Of a DNA stretch of 32,000 bases, positions 31,789-32,000 are shown one piece after another. A program made the translations under genes and the position numbers. The notes beneath the pieces are model-generated. The model had not been told where the DNA came from, did not search any database, and saw only the letters and a program-made list of their open reading frames with translations. Source of the DNA: Pyrolobus fumarii 1A (GTDB lineage Archaea > Thermoproteota > Thermoprotei_A > Sulfolobales > Pyrodictiaceae); assembly GCF_000223395.1 (NCBI RefSeq), contig NC_015931.1, positions 720,001-752,000 of the forward strand, read 5' to 3'. Numbering within the stretch: position 1 is the first letter of the stretch; the number at the start of each line of letters is the position of its first letter.

Positions 31789-32000
31789 AACCCACTAGTT
31801 TGACCCTAGTTCTTGTACGTGGAGAGAAGCAGAGAGCCCCCTTAGCTCATCCACACTCACACGGAGAAGCTCAACCATCACCGAATTAAAAACATTGATC
31901 CGAGGAAGTGCAACACACAGATTAGATGCCGTGAAAAATACGAGAACACAACTTCGCAACGTAATGCTTATGGGGAGGGTTGGAAGCTGGCAGGTGTAAA

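Noticed and set aside
31789-32000. Open minus-strand frame entering from the right edge (ends ...MVELLRVSVDELRGLSASLHVQELGSN, stop near 31800)
   Set aside because: The upstream part translates to implausible sequence and contains AT-rich promoter-like DNA. At 66 codons with no motif, I cannot tell whether a real gene end is here.
1-32000. Looked for CRISPR arrays, IS elements/transposases, integrases next to the tRNA, and long direct repeats
   Set aside because: By eye I found no regularly spaced repeats, no recombinase-like ORFs and no duplicated tRNA 3' fragment. A proper repeat-finder run was not possible.

Overview
The window looks like chromosomal DNA from a hyperthermophilic crenarchaeon, possibly Desulfurococcales or Pyrodictiaceae (taxon is inference only). 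Supporting signs are an intron-containing tRNA, fibrillarin, Rio2, XPD, TATA-type promoters, many GTG/TTG starts and 4-nt stop/start overlaps. Gene density is high and I saw no CRISPR array, transposase or integrase. Housekeeping or recognisable genes: QueE-like 3' end, XPD/Rad3 helicase, HAD hydrolase, SAM methyltransferase, B12-type radical SAM protein, fibrillarin, M28 peptidase, AroE, KaiC-like ATPase, ArsR regulator, Rio2 kinase, MFS transporter and tRNA-Phe. The most unusual region is a minus-strand cluster at 11.0-17.1 kb. It encodes an HAO-like octahaem cytochrome c on a C-terminal stalk and anchor, a large orphan polytopic membrane glycoprotein, and an N-terminally anchored cytochrome with 14 haem motifs (13 CxxCH plus one CxxxCH). 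The last gene is translationally coupled to a His-bearing 4-5 TM protein. This could be a respiratory or extracellular electron-transfer module. Other accessory items: a 1,100-aa gingipain (C25)-like surface protein on a coiled-coil stalk, and a lower-GC transglutaminase-like module. There is a metal ABC operon with a fused ZnuA-ZnuB-type protein, an embedded NikR and an Opp-type ATPase. There is also a HEPN-MNT pair and a B3/4-domain, HEPN-like and tRNA-Phe trio. Two GC-rich, possibly structured, intergenic elements and several repeats in promoter regions are also noted.
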